The notes beneath the pieces were generated by a model, which worked only from the letters and a program-made list of their open reading frames with translations, had not been told where the DNA came from and did not search any database. A program made the translations under genes and the position numbers. Below, piece by piece: positions 29,932 to 40,229 of a stretch of 64,000 nucleotides of DNA (positions within the stretch are counted from its first letter, which is position 1; each line of letters begins with the position of its first letter). The stretch spans positions 640,207 through 704,206 of the forward strand of contig JBEKIW010000001.1 of NCBI GenBank assembly GCA_050011565.1, given 5' to 3'. The stretch is from Dehalococcoidia bacterium. Its GTDB lineage: Bacteria; Chloroflexota; Dehalococcoidia; GIF9; UBA5629.

Positions 29932-31806
29932 TTGCTAAAAGATGAAATGCCAAACCAGCTAAGTTCAAAACAAGATTTAGAGGCTCTACGAAAAGAGCTG
30001 ATAAAAGAAAGAAGGCCGGACAAGCCGCTAATTGCCATATGCAATGGTACTGCTTGCCGTCCTTACGGTTGTATCCACTTAACCGAGGCCATTAAACAGG
30101 AACTGGCAAAACAAGGCCTGGAGAATAAGATAGGACTGAGAATCACTGGTTGTCACGGGCTATGCGAGAAAGGCCCGATTGTAGTAATTCAACCGGGTGA
30201 CATTTTCTACCAGCAGGTAAAATTAGAGGACGTGCCTGAGATATTAAGTGAAACGGCTATTAAAGGCACTGTCATTGACCGGCTGCTTCACGCCGACCCG
30301 ATTACGGGCAACAAAGTTGTGCATAGGGATGAAATTCCGTTCTATCGGAAGCAAGTACGGAATATTCTGGGAAACAACGTCGAAATAAATCCTACGAAGA
30401 TAGAGGATTATATCGCTATAGGGGGCTATACAGCTCTAGCCAAAGCCTTGCTCGAAATGACTCCTGAGCAGATAATAGACGAAATAAAACACTCGGGATT
30501 AAGGGGGCGAGGCGGTGCTGGTTTCCCCACGGGATCAAAATGGGAATCATGCCGTCATGCCCCCGGGGATATAAAATACGTTATAGTAAATGCTGACGAA
30601 GGTGACCCGGGAGCCTATGCTAATGAAGGTTTGCTTTCAGGTAATCCGCACAGCGTACTCGAAGGTCTAATCATCGGTGCTTATGCCATCGGAGCCAAGC
30701 AGGGATATGTTTACGTCCGTAATGAATATCCTTTAGCATTGGCTAACGTGACGCTGGCTCTAAATCAGGCCGAACAGTCGGGGCTGCTCGGGGACAATAT
30801 CCTGGGCTCAGGGTTCGATTTTAATGTCCGTATCAACAGAGGCGGTGGAGCCTTCGTGTGTGGTGAGTCCACGGCCTTGATGGCATCGCTCGAAGGCAAA
30901 GTTGGAGAACCGAGAGCTAAATACGTTCATACGGTAGAGAAGGGGCTGTGGAATCGGCCGAGTGACCTAAACAACGTCGAAACCTGGGCCAATGTGCCAT
31001 TGATAATCAATAAAGGTGCCGATTGGTATCGAACTCTGGGCACTGAACACAGCAAAGGGACAAAGATATTCTCTTTAGTGGGCAAGATTAATAACACGGG
31101 CCTGGTTGAAGTTCCTATGGGGATAACACTCAGGGAAATCATCTATGACATAGGTGGCGGCATATGGGGAGGAAAGAGATTCAAGGCGGTTCAGACCGGC
31201 GGTCCATCAGGCGGATGTCTGCCAGAGAGCCTGCTTGACCTACCGGTAGATTTCGATGAGTTGTCTAAAGCAGGTTCCATGATGGGCTCGGGCGGCATGA
31301 TTGTCATGGATGAAACAACCTGTATGGTTGACATCGCCAAGTATTTTCTCACCTTCCTGGAAGAAGAATCTTGTGGTAAGTGTCTGCCCTGTCGCGAGGG
31401 GATAAAGAGAATGCGGCAGGTATTTGATGAAATAACGGAAGGCCGAGGCAGTGAAAAAGATATCGAGTTTCTGGAGCAGCTTTCAGCTACTTTAGTTGAT
31501 AGTTCACTCTGCGGGCTAGGCCAGACAGCGCCAAACCCTGTTCTGACCACAATGCGTTACTTCAGGGACGAGTACGAAGCTCATATAAAAGAGAAGAGGT
31601 GCCCCGCCGGCGTCTGCAAGGCTTTAATCCACTACTACATAATAGAAGAAAAATGCCCGGGATGTGGACTTTGTGTCAAAGAGTGTCCACAAGAGGCCAT
31701 AACCTTCATGGGCAAGAAAAAGCCGGTGGTTATGGATGAATCGAAATGTATAAAGTGCGGTGTTTGCGGCGACGTCTGTAAGCTGGATGCCGTAGGTAAG
31801 AGATAA
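29932..31806 (+). CDS. NuoF-like NAD(P)H-binding FMN/[4Fe-4S] subunit (51 kDa / HymB family) with N-terminal 2Fe-2S and C-terminal 2x[4Fe-4S] domains
   Basis: It has the GRGGAGFPTGSKWE NADH/FMN motif and a SLBB domain. C-terminal CPGCGLCVKECP and CIKCGVCGDVC ferredoxin motifs are present. Length is 624 aa. Confidence 0.8.
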   Translation: MLKDEMPNQLSSKQDLEALRKELIKERRPDKPLIAICNGTACRPYGCIHLTEAIKQELAKQGLENKIGLRITGCHGLCEKGPIVVIQPGDIFYQQVKLEDVPEILSETAIKGTVIDRLLHADPITGNKVVHRDEIPFYRKQVRNILGNNVEINPTKIEDYIAIGGYTALAKALLEMTPEQIIDEIKHSGLRGRGGAGFPTGSKWESCRHAPGDIKYVIVNADEGDPGAYANEGLLSGNPHSVLEGLIIGAYAIGAKQGYVYVRNEYPLALANVTLALNQAEQSGLLGDNILGSGFDFNVRINRGGGAFVCGESTALMASLEGKVGEPRAKYVHTVEKGLWNRPSDLNNVETWANVPLIINKGADWYRTLGTEHSKGTKIFSLVGKINNTGLVEVPMGITLREIIYDIGGGIWGGKRFKAVQTGGPSGGCLPESLLDLPVDFDELSKAGSMMGSGGMIVMDETTCMVDIAKYFLTFLEEESCGKCLPCREGIKRMRQVFDEITEGRGSEKDIEFLEQLSATLVDSSLCGLGQTAPNPVLTTMRYFRDEYEAHIKEKRCPAGVCKALIHYYIIEEKCPGCGLCVKECPQEAITFMGKKKPVVMDESKCIKCGVCGDVCKLDAVGKR

Positions 31807-31807
31807 G

Positions 31808-32527
31808 ATGGTAACTTTCAATATCGACGGCCGTGAATTTAAGGCTGAGGAAGGCCAGACGATACTCCGGGTGGCGAGAGAAAACGGCATTGATATACCT
31901 ACCTTATGCCATCACGAAGCCATTGAGCCCTACGGTGCCTGCAGGCTGTGTATTGTAGAAGTCTCCAAGGGGCGCCGCTCCAGAATTGTGACATCCTGCC
32001 TTTATCTGGTTGAAGAGGGACTGGAGGTAAAAACAAACTCGCCCAGGGTGATAAGTAATCGCAAAATGCTGGTGGAGCTGCTTCTAGCACGATGCTCGAA
32101 AAACAAGGTAATAAAGGAATTGGCTGCGCAGATGGGCATTGAGCAATCAATAATTAGACCGGAGTACCTGGAGGACAATGATTGTATGGTTTGCGGATTA
32201 TGCGTCAGGACCTGTGAACAAGTCGTTGGCGTTAGCGCCATCAGTCTGGTCAACCGAGGTATAACCAAAGAGCCGGCGTCGCCTTTCTTGGAACCGGCTA
32301 GAGATTGTATAGGTTGCGGCTCATGTTACTATGTATGCCCAACCGGCGCCATAAAGATGGAAGATAGAAACGGCACCAGAATAATATATAACTGGAAAGT
32401 GGAATTCAAGCTCAAGAAATGTAAAGTCTGCGGCAACTACTGGGCGCCGGAAAAGCAGTTAGAATACATCAGAAAAAAGTGGAATTTACCCGACGATTTC
32501 TTCGATATTTGCCCCACCTGCAAATAG
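31808..32527 (+). CDS. NuoG N-terminal-like iron-sulfur protein ([2Fe-2S] plus [4Fe-4S] only, 239 aa). It has no hydrogenase or formate dehydrogenase catalytic domain.
   Basis: It has a 2Fe-2S ferredoxin fold (CHHEAIEPYGACRLC) and 4Fe-4S motifs (CMVCGLCVRTCE, CIGCGSCYYVCPTGA). It stops at 32527, so no H-cluster domain follows. Confidence 0.7.
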   Translation: MVTFNIDGREFKAEEGQTILRVARENGIDIPTLCHHEAIEPYGACRLCIVEVSKGRRSRIVTSCLYLVEEGLEVKTNSPRVISNRKMLVELLLARCSKNKVIKELAAQMGIEQSIIRPEYLEDNDCMVCGLCVRTCEQVVGVSAISLVNRGITKEPASPFLEPARDCIGCGSCYYVCPTGAIKMEDRNGTRIIYNWKVEFKLKKCKVCGNYWAPEKQLEYIRKKWNLPDDFFDICPTCK

Positions 32528-32558
32528 CCATCCCATCTACAAACAGTCTTACAACTCC

Positions 32559-32587
32559 TTGACTCTATCGAACTAGTTAACTATACT
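32559..32587 (+). promoter_or_regulatory. Candidate promoter (TTGACT-N17-TATACT) of tRNA-Pro
   Basis: The hexamers lie 9 nt upstream of the tRNA 5' end. Confidence 0.4.
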
Positions 32588-32596
32588 CTTTGGCAA

Positions 32597-32672
32597 CGGG
32601 GTGTAGCGCAGAGGCTAGCGCGCATGGTTTGGGACCATGAGGTCGGAGGTTCAAATCCTCTCACCCCGACCA
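32597..32672 (+). tRNA. tRNA-Pro (anticodon TGG), CCA encoded
   Basis: The cloverleaf is CGGGGTG acceptor, anticodon loop UUUGGGA and T-loop TTCAAAT. Its 3' half (32628-32672) recurs twice downstream. Confidence 0.85.
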
Positions 32673-32871
32673 TAGATATCGAATTAGAGGCACCCCCGGT
32701 ACTTATACACTGAAGCTAAGTTTCACATCTCAGCAGACAGAGGCTGAGGCTCGGCAATTCACTTTAATCATTCAGCCGGAATCACTACCACAGTTGACAA
32801 CCACTTGAAGACCTACGGCACGGACCTTCGGGTTCTGTGAGCAACAATCTGGCTCATTGTACAACGGCCTG

Positions 32872-34827
32872 TTATTGATTCTGGCTCATTATCTCATCTA
32901 TCTTCGTCATAAGCGCATTAGGTTCGAAGGGTTTCTCGATGTACAGCACTCCTGTCATGTTAAGAAAAGTTCTGGTTGGCTTCCCAAGGATATCTCCGGT
33001 CATAATTAACAACCGGCTATCTATTGATTTGTCCATTCGCTGCAATTTCTCGTAGAGCTCGATGCCACTTACATCCGGCATCAGTATATCCATCAGGATG
33101 AGATCATACTTCTTATTCGTGAATACTTTTAGGGCATCATTGGCATTATTCACAGCGTCTACATCGTGTCCTTTAGTGGTCAGGAATTGCTCTAAAAATT
33201 TTAATAGTAACAGATCGTCATCAACTATGAGTACGCTACCTCGACGAGTGCAGACCTGCTGTATCTCCTTATCGGTAGCGCCTGGTATTTCAGCTGAGGC
33301 GAATTCCGACACTATTGGCAGTTCAACGATAAAGGTAGCTCCTTTGTCTGGCTTGCTTTGAGCGTATATTCGGCCATTGTGCTCCGAAATGATTCCATGA
33401 CATACACTCAAGCCTAGCCCCGTTCCCTCACCTATCCTTCTGGTCGTGAAAAATGGGTCGAAAATATTGCTAAGGTTCTCTGCGGATATCCCCGGCCCAT
33501 CGTCTTTAAACGATATCCTGATGGCATCATCAATGCACTCTGTCTTGACCAGAAGTGTCCCCTTACCGTGTGCTAGTTTCATTTCTGCCTCAGCATTCAA
33601 AATTATGTTTAAGAATACCTGTTGTAGCTGTCCCGGATCGGCAAGAATGTAGGGTAAGTTCGGAGCGAGTTCGGTTAGGACATTTATATTGGCAAGCCGT
33701 AGTTGATATTCACGCAATCTAAGCGTCCCGCTCACGATGTAATTGATATCAATCATCGTTCTCGTTGGCTGCATATTCCGGGCGAAGACAAGGAGTTGTC
33801 TAACGATATCAGCTACCCGATGACCCGCCTCACGAATATATCCCATTTGTTGCTTTATGTCCTCAGGTAAATCTTTATTACTCAGCAAATCCGAATAACC
33901 TACTATTGTGGTCAGAGGATTGTTAATTTCATGGCAAATACCAGCTGCCATCTGGCCTACGGTAGATAGTCGGCTAGCTAGCTGGGCTTTTCTTTCCATA
34001 TCACGTCTCTCATCTTCAACTTTCTTGCGCTCGGTGATGTCACGGCCGATTCCCCGAAAGCCGATGTTTTCGCCTTTCTCGTTCCTCATGAGGAAGACAG
34101 AGGTCTCAATGAATCCTCGACTGCCATCTTTTCGAATAACCTCGTGGTGCAAGTCTAGCACTGGCTCCCCTGTCCGGTGCACGCGACTGTACGCCTCAGA
34201 TATAGTCTTAGTATGCTCTTCAGGTGTGCACTCTCTATACTTCGTCCCCATCAACTCTTCCTTGGAATAACCCAAAAGGAAACACATTGCAGCATTAACC
34301 AGGGTAAAATTGCCAGCAAGGTCGATCTCGTAGTAGCCCTCTCTCATCTCTTCCAGAACAGTTCGGTATTTCTCCTCTGATTGCCTCAGTGCCTTCTCTG
34401 CCTGCTTGCGCTCACGCAGTATCTCGAAATCTCGAAGTTCACGTTCCACCGCCGGAGCCAGACGCGTCAGGTTACCCTTAATCACGTAATCCTGTGCGCC
34501 GGCCTTCATTATCATTACGGCGGTTTCTTCGCCAATGGCGCCGGACACCACAATTACTGGTATATCCTGGCCACTTTTCTTCAGTAACTTCAAGGCTCTG
34601 AAGGAATCCATCTGAGGCAGGGAATGATCCACCATGACCACATCCCAAGCCTGCTTCTTAAGGGCTGCCTTAATTTGCTCGGCATCTTCTACCCGCTTAT
34701 GAGATACCTCATAGCCTGCTCGCTCCAGCGCTCGGACTTCCAGCGCAGCGTCGCTTTCAGAATCTTCCACGATAAGAACCCTGATGTGCTTCTTCACAAT
34801 ATCCTCACGACACCGGAGGAGGCTCAT
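32872..34827 (-). CDS. Hybrid sensor histidine kinase (REC - PAS - HisKA - HATPase_c - REC)
   Basis: The N-terminal receiver has VLIVEDSESD...VVMVDHSLPQMDS. A PAS domain follows, then the H-box (MAAGICHEINNPL) and N/G boxes. The C-terminal receiver has VLIVDDD...LILMDILMPDVSG. Confidence 0.85.
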   Translation of the reverse strand: MSLLRCREDIVKKHIRVLIVEDSESDAALEVRALERAGYEVSHKRVEDAEQIKAALKKQAWDVVMVDHSLPQMDSFRALKLLKKSGQDIPVIVVSGAIGEETAVMIMKAGAQDYVIKGNLTRLAPAVERELRDFEILRERKQAEKALRQSEEKYRTVLEEMREGYYEIDLAGNFTLVNAAMCFLLGYSKEELMGTKYRECTPEEHTKTISEAYSRVHRTGEPVLDLHHEVIRKDGSRGFIETSVFLMRNEKGENIGFRGIGRDITERKKVEDERRDMERKAQLASRLSTVGQMAAGICHEINNPLTTIVGYSDLLSNKDLPEDIKQQMGYIREAGHRVADIVRQLLVFARNMQPTRTMIDINYIVSGTLRLREYQLRLANINVLTELAPNLPYILADPGQLQQVFLNIILNAEAEMKLAHGKGTLLVKTECIDDAIRISFKDDGPGISAENLSNIFDPFFTTRRIGEGTGLGLSVCHGIISEHNGRIYAQSKPDKGATFIVELPIVSEFASAEIPGATDKEIQQVCTRRGSVLIVDDDLLLLKFLEQFLTTKGHDVDAVNNANDALKVFTNKKYDLILMDILMPDVSGIELYEKLQRMDKSIDSRLLIMTGDILGKPTRTFLNMTGVLYIEKPFEPNALMTKIDEIMSQNQ

Positions 34828-35245
34828 TCAGCACAAGCCAATACAGTCCCAGGGTCTTTATGGCCTCCGCAAAATTCCCGAAATCAACCGGTTTTCGGAT
34901 GTAGCTATTGGCGCCCAGGTCATAGCTCGCTGCCACGTCGTGCTCCTCCTTTGAAGAGGTTAGTATTACCACCGGAAGCCTTTTGGTCTTTGTGCTTGCA
35001 CGTATGCGCCGCAACACCTCCAGCCCGTCAATCTTCGGCAGCTTGAGGTCCAACAGGATTAAAGCGGGCAATTGCTCCATGTCCCGCGCGGCGTAGGTTC
35101 CCGTGCCGAAAAGGTAGCTCAGCGCTTCTTGGCCATCCTCGGCGACAACCAGTTTATTAGTAACATGGCTTTGCTGAAGTGCTCGTCTGGTCAGGTCAAC
35201 GTCACTGCCATTATCCTCAACTAAAAGAATGTTATTGGGATTCAT
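34805..35245 (-). CDS. Single-domain response regulator (CheY-like receiver)
   Basis: ILLVEDNGSDVDL...LILLDLKLPKIDGLEVLRRIR...VVILTSS. Length is 146 aa. Confidence 0.85.
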   Translation of the reverse strand: MNPNNILLVEDNGSDVDLTRRALQQSHVTNKLVVAEDGQEALSYLFGTGTYAARDMEQLPALILLDLKLPKIDGLEVLRRIRASTKTKRLPVVILTSSKEEHDVAASYDLGANSYIRKPVDFGNFAEAIKTLGLYWLVLNEPPPVS

Positions 35246-37344
35246 GCAGCCTCCTTAAGTGTAAAATAAAAAGTTGCTCCATTGTCCACCATAGCATCTG
35301 CCCACAGGCGACCACCGTGGCGGCGAACAACGCGTTGCACGGTAGCCAGGCCGATGCCTGTCCCCGGAAACTCGGATGGTTTGTGCAACCGCTGGAACGC
35401 CCCGAACAGCTTGTCTGCATAGGCCATATCGAATCCCACGCCGTTATCACGCACGAAAAAGACTTGGTTGCCTTTGTCTTTAGTTCTGCCGAATTGTATC
35501 CGCGCGCTTGAGCATAAGCCGGTGAATTTCCAGGCATTTTCCAGCAGGTTGTACAGTGCGATGTCCAGCAGGCCGGCATCACACTGTGCCTTCAGATCAG
35601 GTTGGATAATGAATTCTGCCCGGCGGTCTGGCTGCGTATCCTGTAGACGAGTGGCGATGGTTTGCGCTATGGCTGTCAAATCCACCGGCTTCAGTTGCAT
35701 ATGAGCAAGAGATACCCGGGATAGCTGTAGTAAGGCATCAATCAAATCGTCCATGCGCTGTGCCTCGGAGCGGACACGGTTAAGATACTGGCAGCCTTGC
35801 TGGTCGAGCTTGTCTTGGTAGTCTTCCAAAAGTGCCAGGCTCCAGCCATCGATGCCACGCAGTGGCGCCCGCAAATCGTGTGAGACGCTGTAGACGAATG
35901 CCTCCAGTTCGTTGTTAGCACTCTGTAATTCCACCGTGCGCAGGGTTAGCTCCTGCTCTCTCTTTCTAAGCTGTTCCTGCAGGAACTCTTTCTCCATGGT
36001 CACAGCCACTTGGCTCGTAATATTTTCCACCAGGTTGATGTCCTCAAGCGTATACCTGCCAGATTGTCTTTTCTCCAGCAACAATATGCCGATCAGGTTA
36101 CCCCTACTGATTAGCGGGAAAAAGACCTCTACGTTTAAAGCTCTTACCCCATCTCCCTCCTCCACTAGCATGCCCCGAAACTCAGGCATTATATCCAACT
36201 TGTCCCAAGCCAGATATCTATTCTTTTGCCTTAGCCAATCCGCAATAGGACTGTCCTGTCCTATTCTTAAGGCAGGTTTGGCCTCATCTCCAGGCTCGGC
36301 AAACTCGATAACAAAATCACCGCTGATCGTTTCGGGGAGCATCAAATATGCCCGCTGGCAACCCAAGCTCCCTACGATGAGTGGCAGTAATCCGCCACCT
36401 AGGTCCTTCAGGTTGGAAACTCCACTTATCCTGTTTCCTACAAAATCAACCAACTTCTGTCGATAATCATAGCTCTCTCTATAGAAAAGTCGATCAACAA
36501 GGCGAGCAAACACATCCCTCAGTTGATATATAGCTATACCTATGATCAATGCTCCCAAAGTGGCTAAAGCCGTTACAATGGCCCGCTGGGGTACACGAGT
36601 CGCCAGACTAACCACCAAGTACAAGAACAGGTATCCAACAATAGCCACAGCAATTACCGCTATCCATGACAGCCCACGGCGTGCGACAAATCTGACATCC
36701 ACAAGTTGATATTGCACCGTGGCGTAAGTCCAAAGGCAAGCGGCAGCCAGATTACCAAAATGGTCTACAGGAAACCTCCTGAGGAACTCAGTAGCATTGC
36801 TGAGGGAGAACACCGCCATGATACACACGCCAATCAATATGTATGTGACACGCGCGCGCTGTACCTGGTCAGTCAGCGTCCGTAACTTCCGCAACAGGGC
36901 AACCACATTATCAGCCATGAGAAAGATAAGTGGCACGAATAGCACAGGAAACCAGATACCGATTGAAAGATGAACACCATTGCTCACTGTCACACTTTCC
37001 GGTATGTAGCCCAGGGCAGCCAGAACAATCGAGACTAACAGAAGAGTATAACCGACTGCTACTCCAGCGACATAACTCCCGTAGCCAAAACGACGCGAGA
37101 ACACATAAAGCTGTACCGCCATCCATGTGAATGCGACCGTCATAAGCCTGGCTAAAAGCATCTTGTTCTCTGGCAGGAAACTGCTATGGAGCAAGAACGA
37201 GGTCGAACTCCACACCATGGCAGCAGCCAGATACAAAACAAAAAACAGGTGCTGTCTCTGCCACGGACGGCTAGAGAGTACAATGATAAACAGGGGGATG
37301 TAAGCGATTACAGCAATTAAAGGAATTAAAGAATACCCAACCAT
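35242..37344 (-). CDS. Membrane sensor histidine kinase (multi-TM N-terminal sensor, GAF, HisKA, HATPase_c)
   Basis: The N-terminal ~300 aa have multiple TM helices. A GAF-like region follows, then the H-box (VYSVSHDLRAPLRGI) and G-boxes (GTGIGLATV). Confidence 0.85.
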   Translation of the reverse strand: MVGYSLIPLIAVIAYIPLFIIVLSSRPWQRQHLFFVLYLAAAMVWSSTSFLLHSSFLPENKMLLARLMTVAFTWMAVQLYVFSRRFGYGSYVAGVAVGYTLLLVSIVLAALGYIPESVTVSNGVHLSIGIWFPVLFVPLIFLMADNVVALLRKLRTLTDQVQRARVTYILIGVCIMAVFSLSNATEFLRRFPVDHFGNLAAACLWTYATVQYQLVDVRFVARRGLSWIAVIAVAIVGYLFLYLVVSLATRVPQRAIVTALATLGALIIGIAIYQLRDVFARLVDRLFYRESYDYRQKLVDFVGNRISGVSNLKDLGGGLLPLIVGSLGCQRAYLMLPETISGDFVIEFAEPGDEAKPALRIGQDSPIADWLRQKNRYLAWDKLDIMPEFRGMLVEEGDGVRALNVEVFFPLISRGNLIGILLLEKRQSGRYTLEDINLVENITSQVAVTMEKEFLQEQLRKREQELTLRTVELQSANNELEAFVYSVSHDLRAPLRGIDGWSLALLEDYQDKLDQQGCQYLNRVRSEAQRMDDLIDALLQLSRVSLAHMQLKPVDLTAIAQTIATRLQDTQPDRRAEFIIQPDLKAQCDAGLLDIALYNLLENAWKFTGLCSSARIQFGRTKDKGNQVFFVRDNGVGFDMAYADKLFGAFQRLHKPSEFPGTGIGLATVQRVVRRHGGRLWADAMVDNGATFYFTLKEAA

Positions 37345-37467
37345 TTGAATTAACCTTCTATTACCCTAATTATCGTATTATGTTTACAACTTCGAGCTTT
37401 GTCAACAATCGTTTAAGGTTAGCTGGGTGAAACATTGATGGTACCGCAAACAGAAGAACCTAACTTC

Positions 37468-39084
37468 TCACGTAGACACACATCCTGTCTTAACGCCCAG
37501 CAACGAAAGCGTGTCATCCGAGGGGTTGATATGAGGTGGTTTTATGTGGGCCAGATCTGCACCCTCAGCCTGACGCGCCGACATATAAGCTTGAAAAGCA
37601 CCTTGCGGGAGAAGACTAACCTGGATAGGCCTCACGCCCAGTATAGATTCCAAATCAGCATAATCTTTATCCAGTTTCTTAAGCTGTTTATGTAACTTTG
37701 ACGCAACTCTCTTATTACTCGCAGCACAACCGTCCTTGACCTCAAGATAGACGTGCAGCACCGGCCTTTCCTTAATTATCTCTTTGCGTACTGTCCAATC
37801 TTGATAAGGTATGCCGCTACTCTCTATTGCCTGCCAGACTACTCGCTCAGTCAACCTGGTGAAACCGGCGATATCGATGAGATCATCAGCCCGCCTCTCG
37901 AAAATCATCTGTGGAATATCTATGCCCAGCTTGTTGTTCCTAAGCGCAGTAATCTTTACCATATCGCCGATTCTATACCTGACCATCGCACCACCATGAA
38001 AATTAGTGAGGACTATCTCATAATTCTTATCAACTGCTAGCTCATCTATCAATATAGTCTTTGGTATATAGGAATTATCCAACCTCCACTTGAGGTGCTC
38101 ATCTTCAGGGATAAACTCGAGGAAGTTGAGATTAGGTATGAAGGTCAGGCCACCATAATCCCAGGTCTGAGAGGCTATGAGACTACCTTCTGCACAAGCA
38201 TAGGTTTCTAATGGGTATCGCCCCCATAAATAGCGTAGCCTTTCCCTGAGCACAGTGCTATCAGCACCACCACTCATTATTCCGTTTACAGACCAAAGGT
38301 CTCTGGGCAGCATAGGCCTCCGTTCCATTCTGCTCTTGACTAGCCCCCTGAGCAACCGAAATAGCGCTGCCGGCTGGGACAGCAAAGGCATAACCGTCAA
38401 TCCCCTTGACCGTGCACTAAACTGTTCGCCGACAACTATCAGCACAGTGGACAAACCAAAGAAGTAGTCAAACCCTCTGGACAAAGCAAGCCGAAAGCCT
38501 TCCCTGGTCCTCTGCTCAAACGACATGTTTTGAGCTTTATCCAAAGGCGGTAGATACGCTGCACCAACTTCTTGCTGCATAATTTGGACAAAGACGCCAG
38601 AAGCATAGGGCGCAGGGGCCACGGCATAGACGATTTTCGCGTGCTCCTTAGCCTTAGACACATCTCCCCTGCCATTACAGCTGGCAAAAATTCCGGTCCC
38701 GTACATCAGTATCGCTAGCTCATGGGCGAATTTTTCACTGTAAGGCACCCACTTATAAGGATATTCGCCAGACTTGCCTGAAGTATGTAGCCAGTGGGCA
38801 GATTTTGATGGCAGTACATCTTCTCGTTGTTCCAGAAGCTCTGGACAGTAATCCGAATACGTCGTCAGCGGTACCGTTCTACGGAATTCTTCCAAACTAG
38901 TTGGCATAGCACCACGCATCACCTTTCTCCCCAGTTCACAATTTCTGAGCAGCTCTAATTGATCTAGCAACAATCGCCGCTGGATAACCATAAACTGCTT
39001 CATGCTAAGGTCAATGTAGCCACAGCACATCTGCCACAGCTCTTCATTTCTGCCCTGCCGCAGTAGCTTCGTAATACTAGCCAA
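37468..39084 (-). CDS. GH3-family (ANL superfamily) acyl-acid amido synthetase-like protein
   Basis: The N-terminal region matches the GH3 pattern (FRRTVPLTTYSDYCPELLEQREDVLPSKSAHWLHTSGKSGEYPYKWVP, compared with GH3 vPvvtYeDikPyIeRi...f..SSGTSgGkpKliP). Length is 538 aa, as expected for GH3. Confidence 0.55.
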   Translation of the reverse strand: MASITKLLRQGRNEELWQMCCGYIDLSMKQFMVIQRRLLLDQLELLRNCELGRKVMRGAMPTSLEEFRRTVPLTTYSDYCPELLEQREDVLPSKSAHWLHTSGKSGEYPYKWVPYSEKFAHELAILMYGTGIFASCNGRGDVSKAKEHAKIVYAVAPAPYASGVFVQIMQQEVGAAYLPPLDKAQNMSFEQRTREGFRLALSRGFDYFFGLSTVLIVVGEQFSARSRGLTVMPLLSQPAALFRLLRGLVKSRMERRPMLPRDLWSVNGIMSGGADSTVLRERLRYLWGRYPLETYACAEGSLIASQTWDYGGLTFIPNLNFLEFIPEDEHLKWRLDNSYIPKTILIDELAVDKNYEIVLTNFHGGAMVRYRIGDMVKITALRNNKLGIDIPQMIFERRADDLIDIAGFTRLTERVVWQAIESSGIPYQDWTVRKEIIKERPVLHVYLEVKDGCAASNKRVASKLHKQLKKLDKDYADLESILGVRPIQVSLLPQGAFQAYMSARQAEGADLAHIKPPHINPSDDTLSLLGVKTGCVST

Positions 39085-39333
39085 AGAATACCTCCTACAT
39101 GATAATCAATATTACTTATAGAATGCTCCTCATCATTTGAACGGTACCTCTACTTGAAAAGGCTGCATACTCAGGCTGGCTTTTTTACAAGCTAAATTGG
39201 GCACCTTTTGCGATCCGGTGGGCTTCTGCCTCGACTGCGTACTTCCTTTTCTGTGAACAACCTCCACCCTCGCCTTTCCCAATGTATTGGATCACTTACG
39301 ACTCTATCCTATAATAGCTTATGAATCACCAAA

Positions 39334-39415
39334 TAGTACCTTAATAAGGGGTACTTTGGTACGGGTACTTTGGTAATAGTACTTTTGTGGTATTGGTACC
39401 TTATTAGTGCACCAA
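39334..39415. repeat. Tandem GGTAC-containing short repeats (GGTACTTTGGTA x ~4) plus the palindrome CCTTAaTAAGG, in the divergent GH3/ICMT intergenic region
   Basis: Read directly: agtaccttaataaggggtactttggtacgggtactttggtaatagtacttttgtggtattggtaccttattag. Confidence 0.6.
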
Positions 39416-39647
39416 GGCTGAATTAAGCCACCCGGAAATGAGTCTAAAGTCTGACGAGAAACAAATTGATGGATGCACTAAATGCGAGAATTGAGCTGGT
39501 TGTTATGGGTATGGTAGTCCTCGTCTGGCAAGTCCCAGAGTAAGAAACGTCGCAGCTTTCTAACGGGACATCAGTGGACGTGACCAAACCAAAAAATTGG
39601 GCGCGTATAGCTTGCCTCGGTTGCAACCTTGCAATAGAATATGAACC

Positions 39648-40229
39648 ATGATATACATTCTAATTGGTATTTGTGGCTTCCTGGTAGCCTATGCCTTTGA
39701 TTGGGCGAGCCTGGGGAACTTACGAGTAATGAAACAGTTGATTGGCTTGTTGGCGATCTGTCTTTTGGTCTATGCCACCATCATGGTTTGTGTCATTCCC
39801 GTAAAGTTACATCTACCATTTTTTACGCTGCCTTTCGGGGTTGGTCTTCTAGTGTTTTCCTTATGTCTGCTCGTTTACTCGATGTTTATCGAGATTCCCT
39901 TTCACAATACTTATGCCGAGAATGGAGTAAGCAATAAGTTAATAACCACCGGAACATATGCCCTGGTTCGCCATCCGGGAGTAATCTGGCTGGCTCTAGT
40001 CTATCTCTCCCTGGCACTGCTTTTCCCATCCACCACGCTGTTCCTCGCTGTCATCGTCTGGTTAATCATGGACATCATCATTGTCACACTACAAGACAAG
40101 CTATCATTCCCAAAGATGTTTCCTGCTTACCGCCGGTACCAACTGAAAACACCTTTTCTTATTCCTACCAAGCAAAGCATATCAGCGTGCTTAAGAACAA
40201 TAGACCCCCGAATTAAAGTGAGAAAATGA
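39648..40229 (+). CDS. Isoprenylcysteine carboxyl methyltransferase (ICMT/PEMT)-family membrane methyltransferase
   Basis: It has 4-5 TM helices and the C-terminal motif LITTGTYALVRHPGVIWLALVY, typical of the ICMT / phospholipid methyltransferase family. Confidence 0.6.
   Translation: MIYILIGICGFLVAYAFDWASLGNLRVMKQLIGLLAICLLVYATIMVCVIPVKLHLPFFTLPFGVGLLVFSLCLLVYSMFIEIPFHNTYAENGVSNKLITTGTYALVRHPGVIWLALVYLSLALLFPSTTLFLAVIVWLIMDIIIVTLQDKLSFPKMFPAYRRYQLKTPFLIPTKQSISACLRTIDPRIKVRK

Noticed and set aside
31808-32527. Fe-only hydrogenase large subunit (HymC) call for the third gene after the nuoEF-like genes
   Set aside because: The ORF ends after 239 aa with only 2Fe-2S/4Fe-4S motifs and no H-cluster domain. 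tRNA-Pro follows immediately.
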